Below, one piece after another: positions 1 through 11,564 of a stretch of DNA of 32,000 nt. Location of the stretch: sequence record CM120771.1; one strand, 5' to 3'. How positions within the stretch are numbered: position 1 is the first letter of the stretch; each line of letters opens with the position of its first letter. The notes under the pieces were generated by a model. That model ran no database searches. It had not been told where the DNA came from and saw only the letters and a program-made list of their open reading frames with translations. The position numbers and the translations under genes are program-made.

Positions 1-2
1 TA

Positions 3-140
3 ACAGAGCAAAACCCAGAGTTAGCTGGGAACGAACTTCTATCACCTGGTGAACTTGATCCGTTCATTCTAGTTGTGATTATTCCTATGCGATTGGGAAT
101 TGTTTCTAATCTATCAACACCTTTTGAAGATCACCATTGA
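3..140 (+). CDS. 3' end of an unidentified protein-coding gene (partial, runs off the window start). It ends ...GELDPFILVVIIPMRLGIVSNLSTPFEDHH*
   Basis: This is the only open frame of the six across 1-140 (46 codons, TGA stop at 138-140). It is visibly more GC-rich than the flanking spacer and is followed immediately by two stem-loops. I cannot assign a family from 45 residues. Confidence 0.35.
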   Translation, partial: TEQNPELAGNELLSPGELDPFILVVIIPMRLGIVSNLSTPFEDHH

Positions 141-154
141 TACATCAAACATTT

Positions 155-222
155 TTAAGAAATTTATGTAAAATTTCTTAATTTGAGTTCCGTAATCTTT
201 GGTAGAAACGGAACTTTTTTTT
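155..222 (+). terminator. Two tandem stem-loops after the partial CDS. The first is an 11-bp perfect stem (155-165 with 171-181). The second is an 8-bp stem (186-193 with 208-215) followed by a T7 run (216-222).
   Basis: I paired the bases directly by hand. The position is 15 nt after the TGA stop. The second hairpin plus T-run has the shape of an intrinsic terminator. Confidence 0.5.
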
Positions 223-499
223 CTTCTAAAACGACCAAATTCAAATGAAAGCGAACATTTCTAAAATATTTCAAAACAATTTTAAATTTGTTTCGACAAT
301 AATTAATTAGTTTTCTTGATTTATATCTAATTATTGCAAAGATATATAACCCAATCATAACGAATGATAAAACATCAAATTGATAAGAAAATTCATTTGA
401 AAATTGATGCAAATCTCCAATTTCTACTGCAACATGCAACAATCTCACTATTGTAACTTCTAGATTTACCATATATACAAAAGGAGAAGAGTAGGGCAC
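164..499 (-). CDS. Hypothetical ORF of 111 codons with a GTG start and one hydrophobic segment. It may be non-functional.
   Basis: It is present in the ORF track. It has no recognisable family signature, no ATG start (codon 497-499 is GTG) and no SD box. It lies in a non-conserved spacer downstream of rpoC2. Confidence 0.15.
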   Translation of the reverse strand: MPYSSPFVYMVNLEVTIVRLLHVAVEIGDLHQFSNEFSYQFDVLSFVMIGLYIFAIIRYKSRKLINYCRNKFKIVLKYFRNVRFHLNLVVLEEKKVPFLPKITELKLRNFT

Positions 500-623
500 A
501 TAATTATTAAAAAAGATTATTTTTCACTTGGCACAATATGGAAAATGAAGTTTTTGTCAAAAAGAAAAAATTCCAAAAGTTCCTGAAGTCTTAGACAAAA
601 AAGGGTATATTTCAGTTAGAAAA

Positions 624-830
624 ATGCTCAACAACAGAACTTTTCAGGGCCAATTTGAGATCACAGAAAATAGCGATAGAGGTTCAAGAATAAAGGTTAA
701 ACACGCTATAGCTGAATCTTTTGATATACCCCTAAAGGAAATGAAGGGGTTGTCTATAGAAATAGAAAAAAACTATAATTCAAGTGTATACTGTTCAAAA
801 AGCGAGACACGCCAGAAAGAGCCCTATTGA
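624..830 (+). CDS. Hypothetical 68-aa ORF with a TGA stop. It is possibly a degenerate fragment of an HUH (Rep-like) endonuclease domain.
   Basis: It is present in the ORF track. The order of elements LNN ... GQFEITENSDRGS-RIKVKH ... IEIEKNYNSSVYCSKSE recalls circovirus-type Rep (FTLNN ... GEEG.EEGRTPHLQGF ... CHIEKAKGTDQQNKEYCSKEG). The HUH histidines are not conserved, no helicase part follows, and there is no SD box. The frame is open upstream to 549. Confidence 0.2.
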   Translation: MLNNRTFQGQFEITENSDRGSRIKVKHAIAESFDIPLKEMKGLSIEIEKNYNSSVYCSKSETRQKEPY

Positions 831-1013
831 ACTCATTATGGCAAGTCTAATTTTTAAAGTTTAATTACCTTTTGTCTAGAAATTATTCGATATTTATTAT
901 CTTTTTTTCCGTTTTCTCTCATTTTGTTTCACTAAACTATTTATTGTATTTTCTATCCGATTAATTTTAGGTGGCATTTTTAGTGAGGGCTTACTTAATA
1001 GTATATTAAAAAA

Positions 1014-4000
1014 TTAAACTGTTAAATTAGGCAACTTAACTTTTTTTTGTTTAAAACAATTTCGATAATTTTGTGAACCAGTTCCCGCAGGTATTAAATG
1101 CCCAATAATAATATTTTCTTTTAATCCACGTAACCAATCAATACGACCTTCAATTGCAGCTTTTGTTAAAACTCTGGTCGTTTCTTGGAAACTCGCTGCG
1201 GAAATAAAACTTGGATTATTTAAAGCTGCTTTAGTAATTCCTAATAGAAGTGGAACATAATAGGCAGGTTGTTTGGCTTGTAATTCAATAACTTGATTTA
1301 TATATTGAATATGGTATAAATCAATAACTTCTCTCCTCAATAAAGGAGTATTACCTTCAAACGTAATTAAAACTTTTGTTGTCATTTGTTTAATTATAAC
1401 TTCTAGATGTTTATCATTAATCGTAACTCCTTGTGATTGATAAACAGATTGAACAGAGTTTAAAATAAATAATTGAACTTTCTTAAAAGTTTTATAACTC
1501 CCCTCATAATTTTCAATTAAGCGATTATTATGAACTGTTTTTGTTCGATCACAGGTAAAAACTTTAATTAACCCATAATAATTAAAGTATACTTTTAATA
1601 ATCTATGAGGATTAACTTTATCATTTTCTTTAATAGTTGTTCCTAATTTTCTAAATTCAAAATTCGGATCTAAAGTAGTTTGTTGAACTAATAATCCTTT
1701 TTTTTGACTTGTAGGAATTTTCTTAGTACTTAAATTTTTCTTTCGTGCTTCTAAAATTTCTTCAATTCTAGGTAAACCTTGTACAATATCGCCAGTGATT
1801 TCTTTTTCAAGATTTAATAATCCTATTGTTTCACCACTTTCAATAAATTCATTATTTTTACAAAAAACAGTATTAACTTCTTGTTCAAAATAATCTTCTG
1901 TTATTGAATAAACATTGACCGATTTCCTTGATTTAATAAACGGATGCTCAATAAATTTTACTAAAACCAAAGTCGAATCAGCGTTAGCAATTGCTTTATA
2001 TTTATTTTTTGACATTTCGCAATTTTGCAACAATAAAGTTTTAGAAACTGTTGGGAAAGTTACATTATCAGATCTTAATAATTTTTTATATTTTTGATTA
2101 AAAAAAGAATCATCCACTGAAAATTTTTTAAAAAATTGTGGCATTAAAGAACTATATAGTTTACCATTTTTTTTTAAAAATAACTTGGAAAATTCGGCTT
2201 TAATTGGAATGGCATTTTTTAAAAATCTTTCCGAATTAGATTTTTTAGATACAGAAAATTTTATTAAATTACGATAATTTAAAGTTATAATTCGATTTGT
2301 TTGAAGTCGATTTTTAAAACGTTTGGATGAAATAATTTTATACTGTAGTTTCGTCTTATTAATCGAATTATCATTTTTACAATTTGGGAAAAAATAAGGT
2401 CGCCCAGTTTGTAGGGTAAACAAATTATTGTTTTCAAGAATAATCTTTCCTTTTATATTACCATCTAAAGGATTTATAACAAAATTGTTTATTTTTTTAT
2501 TTGGAAATTGTTTTTTTTCAACCGTCAAACAATCTTTGTTTGAAATTAAAAATATTTGTTTTATATTTTTCTTTTTCAATTTAAATTTAACTATTTCAAG
2601 TGAATTTGAGGTAATCGCTTCTAAATATCCTAAAATTGAATATTGATCAATAAATTGATTTGATTGAACTAAAAAAGAAGATTGAATATTTTGATATCTT
2701 AATTGCGGAACTAAATAATGATTTAAAGCAATTTTTTTATTAATTTGAAAATTAATCAGTTTTGTTTTTTTATTTCTAAATAATTCAATCTCAATGTTTT
2801 TATTTAAGTTTAATGACAATGTTAAGTTCAAATTTAGGCAATTTGCAATTAAATTTAAATTTTTGGCTACTTTAATAATTTGATTAGGCTTATATGAGTA
2901 GGCAAATTTCGGTTGAAATAGAGTCTCCTTAATGTTCTTAATATCGGAATATGAAAATTCATAAATTTCAATTGGACGAATTATCAACTGATCCATATTT
3001 TTTCCGACTCTCTGTTCACAAAATGATAAAGATTTAATAAAAATATTAGAAAAAAGTAATTCACCAGGATAGTAAATTTTTTTTGCTGTATTTTTAAATT
3101 TCTTTCCTTCATAAACTAAGCCAGATTTAATTGAAATTGTTTGAATAATATTATTTTTTTGTTGAATTGTGACAATACCAGAAGTTTTAGAATAGAGTCC
3201 CGGAATAAGTTCAAATTTTTCAGAGATAAAATCACCATCTTCCACTAATAAAAAACTTGGTTCACAATTTACTTGATGACTTTCTTCTCCAAGCCATATA
3301 ATTGTTCGAGATAAAGCGATTGATTTATATTTTAAGTTAGAAATATTGCGATTTATATATGATATAAGTTTATTTTTAAAAGGAGATTTTAAGAAATTTC
3401 TATAATTATAATATAAAATTCCTCCAGTTAAAGTTCGAAATGTATTTGTAACTAAAGTTCCAAGATTATTATTGGTAGATAATTGAAGATAAGTTCTTGA
3501 TTTTAGGCTTTGAAGTTTTATTAAGTATTTCTGATTTTTGATCTCTAATAAATAATTTTTTTGTTGAGTACTGTTTGTTAATCGTTTTAAATTAGAATTT
3601 TTGAAATAATATTTAATTTTTGAAATTTTAAACAATCGTTGATATAAATCTTTTTTATTATTAAGAAAAGTTACAAAACCATTTTGATGACTAATTAGTT
3701 TAGTTCGAAAAATATAACTATAACGATTTAATTTAAAATCAGGATAGAAATTAATAAAAGAATTTATTGGACTATTATAAAGTTGACCAGATAAAATCCA
3801 AAGGAGTCTATTATTGTTTAATAAATTAACTTTTTTTTTTAAATGGGGGATTAAAATTTCTCCACAAGTATCACTTAAAATTGGTTTAACTTCCGTTTTA
3901 ATTTGCCTATTAGTATTCAGTAGTTCCCCAATCACTGTATCTTTCAGAATATATTGATTGTTCTTTGGAAATAAAATAGTATTTCGCAAAATCTCAATTT

Positions 4001-5195
4001 TTTCTAATTGTTTTGTTTCATTGGTTGATATTAAAATAATAGAGCCTGAATTTTTGGTTATTAAAACATTTTCACCTCTGGTTGTTCGAAGTAAAACTGT
4101 TTTTAGCATTTTATAGAAACGAATAATACCATTTATAGGGCTAATAATTTGTTGGCGTGCTTCGGATGTAAAAATACCCCCAGTATGAAAAGTTCGCATT
4201 GTTAATTGAGTACCAGGTTCACCAATAGATTGACCAGCTAAAATTCCAATTGCTTCCCCTATATCAACAAGATTTTCACTAGCTAAATCCCAACCGTAAC
4301 ATTTTTGACAAATCGCTCGATATAAATTGCAGGTTAAAGGTGAACGAATATAAAATTCAGTAATATTTTTTTGTTTACAGATTTTTAATAAGTTTGGAGT
4401 TAGTTGAGTATTTGAATCAGCAATTATTTCTTTAGTTTTTGAATCAACAAGTGGTTTAGATAAAACACGACCTAAGATTTTTTCATAAATTAATTTTGAA
4501 TCTTGTTTTTCTTTACTCATTAAGAAAAACGACTGTGTAGTTAAACAGTCTTTTTCTCTGATTAAAATATCTTGTCCAACATCAATTAATCTTCTTGTTA
4601 AATAACCTGAATTTGCAGTTTTTAAAGCAGTATCAACAATCCCTTTTCGAGCACCATATCCAGACATTAAATAGTCAGTTATTGTTAAACCTTCTCTAAA
4701 GTTTTTTTTAATTGGTAAATTCATAATTTGACCACTTGGATCTGACATAAGACCTCGCATACCAACTAATTGACGAACCTGTGATAAATTCCCACGAGCT
4801 CCTGAAAAAGCCATAATATAAACAGAATTTAATGGATCATAATTTTTAAAATAATAGATTACTTGTTCTTTTAAAGATTCACTAGTTAAACTCCAGGTAT
4901 CAATAATTTTTTGAAATCGTTCAACATCAGTAATTTTTCCTTTTAGATAGATTTTTTCCGAATTTAAAATTTCTTGATTAGCTTTTTCTAACATTAAACT
5001 TTTTACAAATGGAACTCTTAAATCCTCAATACTAATTGAAATTCCCGCTTGACTTGCATATCTAAATCCTAAATATTTTAATTCATCTGCAAGAGCACAA
5101 GCTTGCATTGAATTATAATTTGTAAAACTCCAAGCCAATAATTGACGTAATTGTTTTTTCCCAATTAAATTATTTTGATAAGTGTAAGTTTGCAT
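1014..5195 (-). CDS. rpoC2: RNA polymerase beta'' subunit (plastid-encoded polymerase)
   Basis: The 1393-aa ORF carries hallmark beta'' blocks (GARKGIVDTALKTANSGYLTRRL, GEAIGILAGQSIGEPGTQLTMRTFHTGG, C-terminal SFQETTRVLTKAAIEGRIDWLRGLKENIIIGHLIPAGTG). A long K/N-rich insertion lies in the middle, as is usual for plastid and cyanobacterial beta''. It has an ATG start and a TAA stop. Confidence 0.97.
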   Translation of the reverse strand: MQTYTYQNNLIGKKQLRQLLAWSFTNYNSMQACALADELKYLGFRYASQAGISISIEDLRVPFVKSLMLEKANQEILNSEKIYLKGKITDVERFQKIIDTWSLTSESLKEQVIYYFKNYDPLNSVYIMAFSGARGNLSQVRQLVGMRGLMSDPSGQIMNLPIKKNFREGLTITDYLMSGYGARKGIVDTALKTANSGYLTRRLIDVGQDILIREKDCLTTQSFFLMSKEKQDSKLIYEKILGRVLSKPLVDSKTKEIIADSNTQLTPNLLKICKQKNITEFYIRSPLTCNLYRAICQKCYGWDLASENLVDIGEAIGILAGQSIGEPGTQLTMRTFHTGGIFTSEARQQIISPINGIIRFYKMLKTVLLRTTRGENVLITKNSGSIILISTNETKQLEKIEILRNTILFPKNNQYILKDTVIGELLNTNRQIKTEVKPILSDTCGEILIPHLKKKVNLLNNNRLLWILSGQLYNSPINSFINFYPDFKLNRYSYIFRTKLISHQNGFVTFLNNKKDLYQRLFKISKIKYYFKNSNLKRLTNSTQQKNYLLEIKNQKYLIKLQSLKSRTYLQLSTNNNLGTLVTNTFRTLTGGILYYNYRNFLKSPFKNKLISYINRNISNLKYKSIALSRTIIWLGEESHQVNCEPSFLLVEDGDFISEKFELIPGLYSKTSGIVTIQQKNNIIQTISIKSGLVYEGKKFKNTAKKIYYPGELLFSNIFIKSLSFCEQRVGKNMDQLIIRPIEIYEFSYSDIKNIKETLFQPKFAYSYKPNQIIKVAKNLNLIANCLNLNLTLSLNLNKNIEIELFRNKKTKLINFQINKKIALNHYLVPQLRYQNIQSSFLVQSNQFIDQYSILGYLEAITSNSLEIVKFKLKKKNIKQIFLISNKDCLTVEKKQFPNKKINNFVINPLDGNIKGKIILENNNLFTLQTGRPYFFPNCKNDNSINKTKLQYKIISSKRFKNRLQTNRIITLNYRNLIKFSVSKKSNSERFLKNAIPIKAEFSKLFLKKNGKLYSSLMPQFFKKFSVDDSFFNQKYKKLLRSDNVTFPTVSKTLLLQNCEMSKNKYKAIANADSTLVLVKFIEHPFIKSRKSVNVYSITEDYFEQEVNTVFCKNNEFIESGETIGLLNLEKEITGDIVQGLPRIEEILEARKKNLSTKKIPTSQKKGLLVQQTTLDPNFEFRKLGTTIKENDKVNPHRLLKVYFNYYGLIKVFTCDRTKTVHNNRLIENYEGSYKTFKKVQLFILNSVQSVYQSQGVTINDKHLEVIIKQMTTKVLITFEGNTPLLRREVIDLYHIQYINQVIELQAKQPAYYVPLLLGITKAALNNPSFISAASFQETTRVLTKAAIEGRIDWLRGLKENIIIGHLIPAGTGSQNYRNCFKQKKVKLPNLTV

Positions 5196-5218
5196 TAGAT
5201 ATCGTTTGTTTTTAAATT

Positions 5219-7315
5219 TTAAGTTTTTAAAAAATTCAAAGTTTTTTTAATTATGTAATTTAAAATTACGCGTCCTGTTGTTATTTTTAAATATTGGACA
5301 ATAATTTCTCCATCTTTTGTTTTACGAACTTGTGTATTCTCAGAATATACAATTATAGTATTATTAGGTAATTCAATAGTTTTAATTACGTTACTAATTA
5401 TCGGAGTTTTTTCGGGTATTCTGATCCAAATTGAACTATGAATTTCAATTTTATTTTGATTATAGGCTAAAATAACATCATCTAAATTTGCAAAATAATG
5501 ACTTGAACCAAGTAAGCCTTGAATATTATTTAATGTTAAATAATAGCAACCTAAAACCATATCTTGACTTGGCATAATGATTGGATCTCCATTAGCTGGA
5601 GATAAAAAATTATAAGGCGCTAACATTAGCATATAACATTCTGCTTGCGCTTCTAGAGATAATGGAATATGAACAGCCATTTGATCACCATCAAAATCCG
5701 CATTAAAAGCAGAACATACTAACGGATGTAATTTAATTGCTCTTCCTTGAACTAAAACGGGTTCAAATGCTTGAATGCCTAATCTATGAAGTGTAGGAGC
5801 ACGATTTAAGAAAATCGGATGATTCTTTATAACTTTATCAAGAACTGGGTCAATTATAGATTCATTTTGTTGTATTAAATTTTTTGCTATCTTCATGTTA
5901 CTAGCTAAACCTTGATTAATTAATTCTCGTATAATAAAAGGTTGAAATAGTTCAACTGCCATTTCATAAGGTAGTCCACATTGATTGAGTTTTAAGCTTG
6001 GACCTACTACAATCACAGAACGCCCTGAATAATCAACTCTCTTTCCTAATAAATTTTGACGAAAACGACCATGTTTACCCTTAATAATATCAGATAAAGA
6101 TTTTAAAGGTCTATTATTTGCACTTAATGCAATTTTTCCTCGCTTTCCATTATCAATTAGGGTATCCACGGCTTCTTGTAAAAGTCTTTTTTCATTGCGA
6201 ATAATTAATTGTGGAGCACCAATTTCTAATAATCTTAATAATCGATTGTTTCTAGTAATTATGCGACGATATAGTTCATTTAGATCAGAGGTTGCAAATC
6301 GTCCGCCTTCTAATTGAATCATGGGTCTTAAAGCTGGTGGAATTACTGGTAAAATCGTCAGAATCATCCATGCTGGATTGGAACCAGTCCCAATTAAGTT
6401 TTCGAGTATACGAGTACGTTTAATAGCTTGTTCACGTATTTTATACATTCTTTGTTGTTCCCATTTTCGAAACCATCTTGATTGACCGTATAATGGGTCT
6501 TCTTTATTTAAAACTTTGCTACAAATTAAAATAAAGGATCTGGTACGAAAAATTTCCGACTTTAAATTAAGTTTTTCTAATTCCCGCTTAATTAAAGGTG
6601 CACCAATAAGAAAACTTGGAGTTGCACGTAACAAATATTTAGGCGTATTATATCGTCTATTTTGAGGTTTTGGATAAGGCTTTAAAGGATAACTAGTACG
6701 TCCCAATTCACGACTTCGTCGATATTGTTGTAAATCCCAATGTAAACCATAAAATGATATTTCATCTTCTGCAATAAAATAAGCTAAAGAGGCTAATTTT
6801 ATTCGTTTAATACGCTCATCCCACAGATCAACAATTGCGGAAGTTGTCAATTTTAATCCTTCACACTTTTTACATTTTTCCGAATTTCGAGTATAAGTCG
6901 TATTTAATTCTTTCTCACATTCTTCTACTTCCAACAATAATGCCATAAAGTTTGGACGACTATTTATATACCAAACGTGAGTGACAGGATAAATTAAATT
7001 TATATAGCCCATTCTATGACGACGAACACGTGATTCGGTTAATTCAACCCCACATCGTTCACAAATTAATCCTTCATATCGTACACGTTTATATTTCCCA
7101 CAAGCACACTCTAAACTTTTACTGGGGCCAAAAATTCGTTCACAGAATAACCCATCCATTTCAGGTTTAAAAGTTCGATAATTTATGGTTTCTGGTTTTT
7201 GAACTTCGCCTACAAATTGGCCATTTGGTAATTTTCTGTTTGACCATTGGAGAATTCGAAATGGTGAAGCTAATTTAATTTTTATATAATCAAATTCTTT
7301 GGTAATTGTTATCAT
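5219..7315 (-). CDS. rpoC1: RNA polymerase beta' subunit (N-terminal gamma-type half)
   Basis: The 698-aa ORF has the zinc-finger CxCGKY...CERCGVE, the catalytic [12 protein letters not shown] motif, and [15 protein letters not shown]. It lies directly between rpoB and rpoC2 on the same strand. Confidence 0.97.
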   Translation of the reverse strand: MITITKEFDYIKIKLASPFRILQWSNRKLPNGQFVGEVQKPETINYRTFKPEMDGLFCERIFGPSKSLECACGKYKRVRYEGLICERCGVELTESRVRRHRMGYINLIYPVTHVWYINSRPNFMALLLEVEECEKELNTTYTRNSEKCKKCEGLKLTTSAIVDLWDERIKRIKLASLAYFIAEDEISFYGLHWDLQQYRRSRELGRTSYPLKPYPKPQNRRYNTPKYLLRATPSFLIGAPLIKRELEKLNLKSEIFRTRSFILICSKVLNKEDPLYGQSRWFRKWEQQRMYKIREQAIKRTRILENLIGTGSNPAWMILTILPVIPPALRPMIQLEGGRFATSDLNELYRRIITRNNRLLRLLEIGAPQLIIRNEKRLLQEAVDTLIDNGKRGKIALSANNRPLKSLSDIIKGKHGRFRQNLLGKRVDYSGRSVIVVGPSLKLNQCGLPYEMAVELFQPFIIRELINQGLASNMKIAKNLIQQNESIIDPVLDKVIKNHPIFLNRAPTLHRLGIQAFEPVLVQGRAIKLHPLVCSAFNADFDGDQMAVHIPLSLEAQAECYMLMLAPYNFLSPANGDPIIMPSQDMVLGCYYLTLNNIQGLLGSSHYFANLDDVILAYNQNKIEIHSSIWIRIPEKTPIISNVIKTIELPNNTIIVYSENTQVRKTKDGEIIVQYLKITTGRVILNYIIKKTLNFLKT

Positions 7316-7320
7316 TATTA

Positions 7321-10300
7321 TTAAAATGAAATATCGTTTATATTTAGATTAGAAGTTGGAGAAAATGTTTTTAGTAAAGCATTATATTTTTCTATTAAAT
7401 TAACTTCAACTTCATATCTTTTAATTGAACTAAATTTTTCAATCTTATATGTACTCATATCTAATCCAATTGAACGTAATTCTTGTAATAAAACTTTAAA
7501 TGATTCTGGTATTCCAAATTTTGGAATTTGTTGTCCTTTAACAATAGCATTTAAAGTTTCATTTCTACCTTGCATATCATCAGATTTTATGGTTAATAAT
7601 TCTTTTAAAGTAAAAGCTGCACCAAATCCTTCTAATGCCCAAACTTCCATTTCTCCAAATCTTTGACCACCATGTTGAGCTTTTCCTCTTAAAGGTTGTT
7701 GGGTAATTAAAGAATATGGTCCAGTAGCACGTGCATGCATCTTATCATCGACTAAATGAATTAATTTCAACATATAAGCATTTCCTACGGTAATTGGATT
7801 TTCAAATTCTTTCCCTGTTCGACCATCTACTAAAACCATTTTTCCTGGTGCATAAGGATTAAATAACCAACTTTGATTTTGTCTAATAGACGCTTGACGC
7901 AATTTTTTATTAATTAAAATACGTGAAATTTCTAGTCCATACATTTCATCAAATGGTAAAATTTTAAATCTAGAATTTAATTTATCACCAGCTAATCCTA
8001 ATAGACATTCATATAATTGGCCAACATTCATTCGAGAAGGTACTCCTAATGGATTTAAAATAATATCAATCGGTGTTCCATCGGGTAAGAAGGGCATATC
8101 TTGACGAGGTAAAATTCTTGAAATAATTCCTTTATTTCCATGACGACCGGCTATTTTATCTCCTACCTGAATTTTTCTAATTTGTGCAATAAAAACATAA
8201 ATTTTTTCAAATTTATATGTTAATTTTGTTCGTCGATTAAAGGTTACAGTTTCAATAACTCGCCCATATTCCCCATCCGGCATTCTATACGAATTATCTT
8301 TTACGCCTTTGGCTTTAGCACCAAAGATTGCTCTAAGTAATTTTGATTCAGGCAATTGTTCTGAAGTATTATTAGAAATCACTTTTCCTACCAAAATATC
8401 ATTTGGTTTCACGAAAGTTCCAACAATAACAATACCATCATTAGTTAAATGTTTAGTTTCATAAGCATTTAAATTTGGAATATTTTTTGTTATTTGTTCA
8501 GAAGCATCAGAGTTTCTATCAATCTCAATTTTATAACGTTCAATATGAATTGATGTAAAAATATCATCAACTACCAATCTTTCATTTATTAAAATAGCAT
8601 CTTCAAAATTATACCCTTGCCATGGCATATAACCAACTAATACATTTTGCCCTAAAGATACTTCACTACTTGTTATAGCGGGACCATCTGTTAAAATTTG
8701 ACCCGATTTAACTGATTCACCTTTCCAAACAATCGGCCTATGATTAATACAAGTTTGCTGATTGGATCTTAAATATTTTTGTAACTTATAAACTAATCTT
8801 TTTCCTTTAGTATTTTTTATAATAATTTTATTTGAAGTGACAGAATTAACAATTCCAGACTCTTGGGCATTTAATGTCATCCCTGAATCAGTCGCAATTT
8901 GATTTTCTAAACCTGTTCCAACAATTGGTTTCTGAGGAAGAAGTAATGGAACAGATTGTCGTTGCATATTTGATCCCATTAAAGCTCTGTTAGCATCATC
9001 ATGTTCAAAAAATGGAATTAGTGAAGCAGCAACTGAAACAATTTGAACAGGAGAAACAGCAATAAAATCAACTTCAGATGGTGTAACATTAATAAAATCT
9101 TGCTTATATCTTACTGGAATTAAATTTTTCAATAAGTAATTCTCATGATTAGTAGCTAAATCTGCAGGTGCGATTTTATAAAAATCTTCTATTTCAGCAG
9201 TTAAATAAATAGGCTGACCAGTTTTAATAACTTTTCCATTTAAAACTCGCCAAAAAGGTGTTTCCAGAAAACCAGATTTATTAACGCGCGCACAAGTAGT
9301 TAAAGATGCAATTAAACCTACATTTTGTCCTTCAGGAGTTTCGATTGGACAAATTCGACCATAATGACTTGGATGAATATCACGGACGGCAAAACTTATT
9401 CGATCACGATCAAATCCTCCTGGTCCTAAACCACTAATTCGACGTCGATGTGTTAAAGAAGAAAGTGGATTAGTTTGATCTAAATATTGAGATAATTGAC
9501 TTGATCCAAAAAATTCTCGAACCGCTGCATTAACAATATTAAAACTTAACAATTGAATTGAATCTACTTTATTTATTTGATTTCGAACTTTCCTAGTTAA
9601 TCTTTGAAAACCAATTCTAAATAAATTTTGTAATAATTCTCCTACAGAGCGGACTCTTCTATTTTTTAAATGATCAATATCATCTTGAACAGTTTTCGAA
9701 ATCGTTAAATTAATTAATTTATCGATTATTGCAAAAATATCTTCATAAGTAATAGTTTGAAGTCTATCATTAATTTTTAAATTTAATCGATTATTAATTT
9801 TTAATCTTCCAACTCTTCCTAAACGATAATAACGCGGATCAAAAATTCTGGAAAACTCTGAAATATTTTTAAAATAAGTTGCATTTAAAAAAAATCGAGA
9901 CAATGGTTGATTAGCTTGTTTTGAGATGACTAATAATGGTTTTTTAAAGTAAAAGAAATCTGAATATTGTAAACTCTGATAAATTTCTTGATCTGTAAAC
10001 CCCATTTCTTTTAATAAATAAAGAAGTGATTTTTTATTAATTTTATCTAATTGGATAATAATTTCATCTTCTTGATTTTTTAAAGGATATTTATAAGGAT
10101 TAATTTTTGTATTTTTTTGAAAACCAAAACGAATCCATGATCCATAATCAGGTATCAAAGTTGCTATATAAAGATCTTTTTTATCATATTTTTTATGATA
10201 AAGTGTTTTAATTTCGTGATCTTTTCTATATAAAAGAAATTGAGTTTTAGTTTTTAAATATTTATGTAGTAAAGCTTTAGGTAGTTCTTTTAATGTTTTT

Positions 10301-11529
10301 TCTGTAAAAATATATTTTAATTGATCTTTCAAACTACTAGAAAAATAAATTGTTGGTCTCAATTGGGTCAGTTTATTTAATTCATTTATTCCATTTAACT
10401 CTAAAGTTAATTTTTTAAGTTTTTTCTTAAAAAAAGAAAAATTACTTACTTCAATTAACCAATCTTGAGATTGCTTTCCAATTAAAAACATTTGAAAATT
10501 TAATTGAGTCTGAACGAATTTTTGTGATGAAAATATTAATTTATCATATACAAGCAAAAGTTTTAATACTTGATTTTTTGAAATACTTAACTCTTTTAAT
10601 AAAATTTCAATTTGATTAAAGTAAATCAAATTTAATGGAGATAAACGATTTTCTATTTTTAAAAGTAAATTTCCACTTTGAAAATTAATATGAAAAACTT
10701 CGTATTTTATTAAAAGTTTAACTAAAAAATTAAAATATTTAAGTAAATAAATTATTTTTTCTGCTTTATGATCAAACAAATTCTTTTTTAATTTAATCCA
10801 TTTTAAAAACAGTTGTATTAATTTAATTTTAAATTCAGTTTTCGTTAGTTTTGAAATAGTTCTATACAGTTTAAAACATTTTAGAAAATAAAAAGAAACA
10901 TTCTGTTCCGTTTTTCGTAAGTAATTTATAGAATAATAATAGATTGAATTATTTTGCCAATATGGCAAAATTTCTTTTTTTTTCTCTTGTAGTGTTGGAA
11001 GAGGAAAAAAAAGATCTAATTCCGAAATAAATGCTTCTCCGGATGGAAGAAATGAGCGTAGTTTATTTATATCTGTTGATAATTTTCGTTTAAATTGGGT
11101 TTTTACTTTTTGGTGCTTGGTTTTTTCAAAGTAAACACCAGGACTTCTAATAATTTGACTAACGATAACTCTTTCACACCCATTTATAATAAATGTTGAA
11201 TCATTAGTCATTAAAGGTAAAGTAATTACAGGGAATTGAGTTTGGTATAGAATAACATTTTCTATTTTATTTCGAACTTCAATTGGAATAACCAGTTGTG
11301 CACGATAGTTTCCACTATATTTTCTTGCAATTAATAAACTATATGAAGGTTTAATAAGACTATATTCGTTTCCAAACATTAGATACTCAGTGTTTTGACT
11401 GAAGTCTTGAATTCGCGAAAATAAAGCTAATTCTTCTGTTAAACCTTGACTAATAAACCAACAAAAACTTATTCTTTGCATTGCTAAAAAATCAGGAAGA
11501 GCAGTAATGTAATTCAGAGTTTCTTTCAT
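7321..11529 (-). CDS. rpoB: RNA polymerase beta subunit carrying a roughly 315-codon lineage-specific low-complexity insertion
   Basis: The 1402-aa ORF has conserved beta blocks ([79 protein letters not shown]). Its stop lies 5 nt upstream of the rpoC1 start. Confidence 0.97.
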   Translation of the reverse strand: MKETLNYITALPDFLAMQRISFCWFISQGLTEELALFSRIQDFSQNTEYLMFGNEYSLIKPSYSLLIARKYSGNYRAQLVIPIEVRNKIENVILYQTQFPVITLPLMTNDSTFIINGCERVIVSQIIRSPGVYFEKTKHQKVKTQFKRKLSTDINKLRSFLPSGEAFISELDLFFPLPTLQEKKKEILPYWQNNSIYYYSINYLRKTEQNVSFYFLKCFKLYRTISKLTKTEFKIKLIQLFLKWIKLKKNLFDHKAEKIIYLLKYFNFLVKLLIKYEVFHINFQSGNLLLKIENRLSPLNLIYFNQIEILLKELSISKNQVLKLLLVYDKLIFSSQKFVQTQLNFQMFLIGKQSQDWLIEVSNFSFFKKKLKKLTLELNGINELNKLTQLRPTIYFSSSLKDQLKYIFTEKTLKELPKALLHKYLKTKTQFLLYRKDHEIKTLYHKKYDKKDLYIATLIPDYGSWIRFGFQKNTKINPYKYPLKNQEDEIIIQLDKINKKSLLYLLKEMGFTDQEIYQSLQYSDFFYFKKPLLVISKQANQPLSRFFLNATYFKNISEFSRIFDPRYYRLGRVGRLKINNRLNLKINDRLQTITYEDIFAIIDKLINLTISKTVQDDIDHLKNRRVRSVGELLQNLFRIGFQRLTRKVRNQINKVDSIQLLSFNIVNAAVREFFGSSQLSQYLDQTNPLSSLTHRRRISGLGPGGFDRDRISFAVRDIHPSHYGRICPIETPEGQNVGLIASLTTCARVNKSGFLETPFWRVLNGKVIKTGQPIYLTAEIEDFYKIAPADLATNHENYLLKNLIPVRYKQDFINVTPSEVDFIAVSPVQIVSVAASLIPFFEHDDANRALMGSNMQRQSVPLLLPQKPIVGTGLENQIATDSGMTLNAQESGIVNSVTSNKIIIKNTKGKRLVYKLQKYLRSNQQTCINHRPIVWKGESVKSGQILTDGPAITSSEVSLGQNVLVGYMPWQGYNFEDAILINERLVVDDIFTSIHIERYKIEIDRNSDASEQITKNIPNLNAYETKHLTNDGIVIVGTFVKPNDILVGKVISNNTSEQLPESKLLRAIFGAKAKGVKDNSYRMPDGEYGRVIETVTFNRRTKLTYKFEKIYVFIAQIRKIQVGDKIAGRHGNKGIISRILPRQDMPFLPDGTPIDIILNPLGVPSRMNVGQLYECLLGLAGDKLNSRFKILPFDEMYGLEISRILINKKLRQASIRQNQSWLFNPYAPGKMVLVDGRTGKEFENPITVGNAYMLKLIHLVDDKMHARATGPYSLITQQPLRGKAQHGGQRFGEMEVWALEGFGAAFTLKELLTIKSDDMQGRNETLNAIVKGQQIPKFGIPESFKVLLQELRSIGLDMSTYKIEKFSSIKRYEVEVNLIEKYNALLKTFSPTSNLNINDISF

Positions 11530-11564
11530 AGGTTTATTGATAACTTTATGGTCAGGTTTGGTTT

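Noticed and set aside
481-486. AAGGAG on the plus strand at 481-486
   Set aside because: No start codon follows within a usable distance. The next ATG is at 538 and opens only a 19-codon ORF.
897-977. 26-aa basic ORF (MPPKINRIENTINSLVKQNERKRKKR) just downstream of rpoC2 on the minus strand
   Set aside because: It is too short, has no SD box and no recognisable family. ORFs of this size arise easily by chance.
1915-2646. Plus-strand ORFs 1915-2097 (60 aa) and 2428-2646 (72 aa)
   Set aside because: They lie entirely antisense within the well-supported rpoC2 CDS. Their F/I/L-rich composition is what the reverse complement of a K/N-rich AT-rich gene produces. They have no SD box and no family signature.
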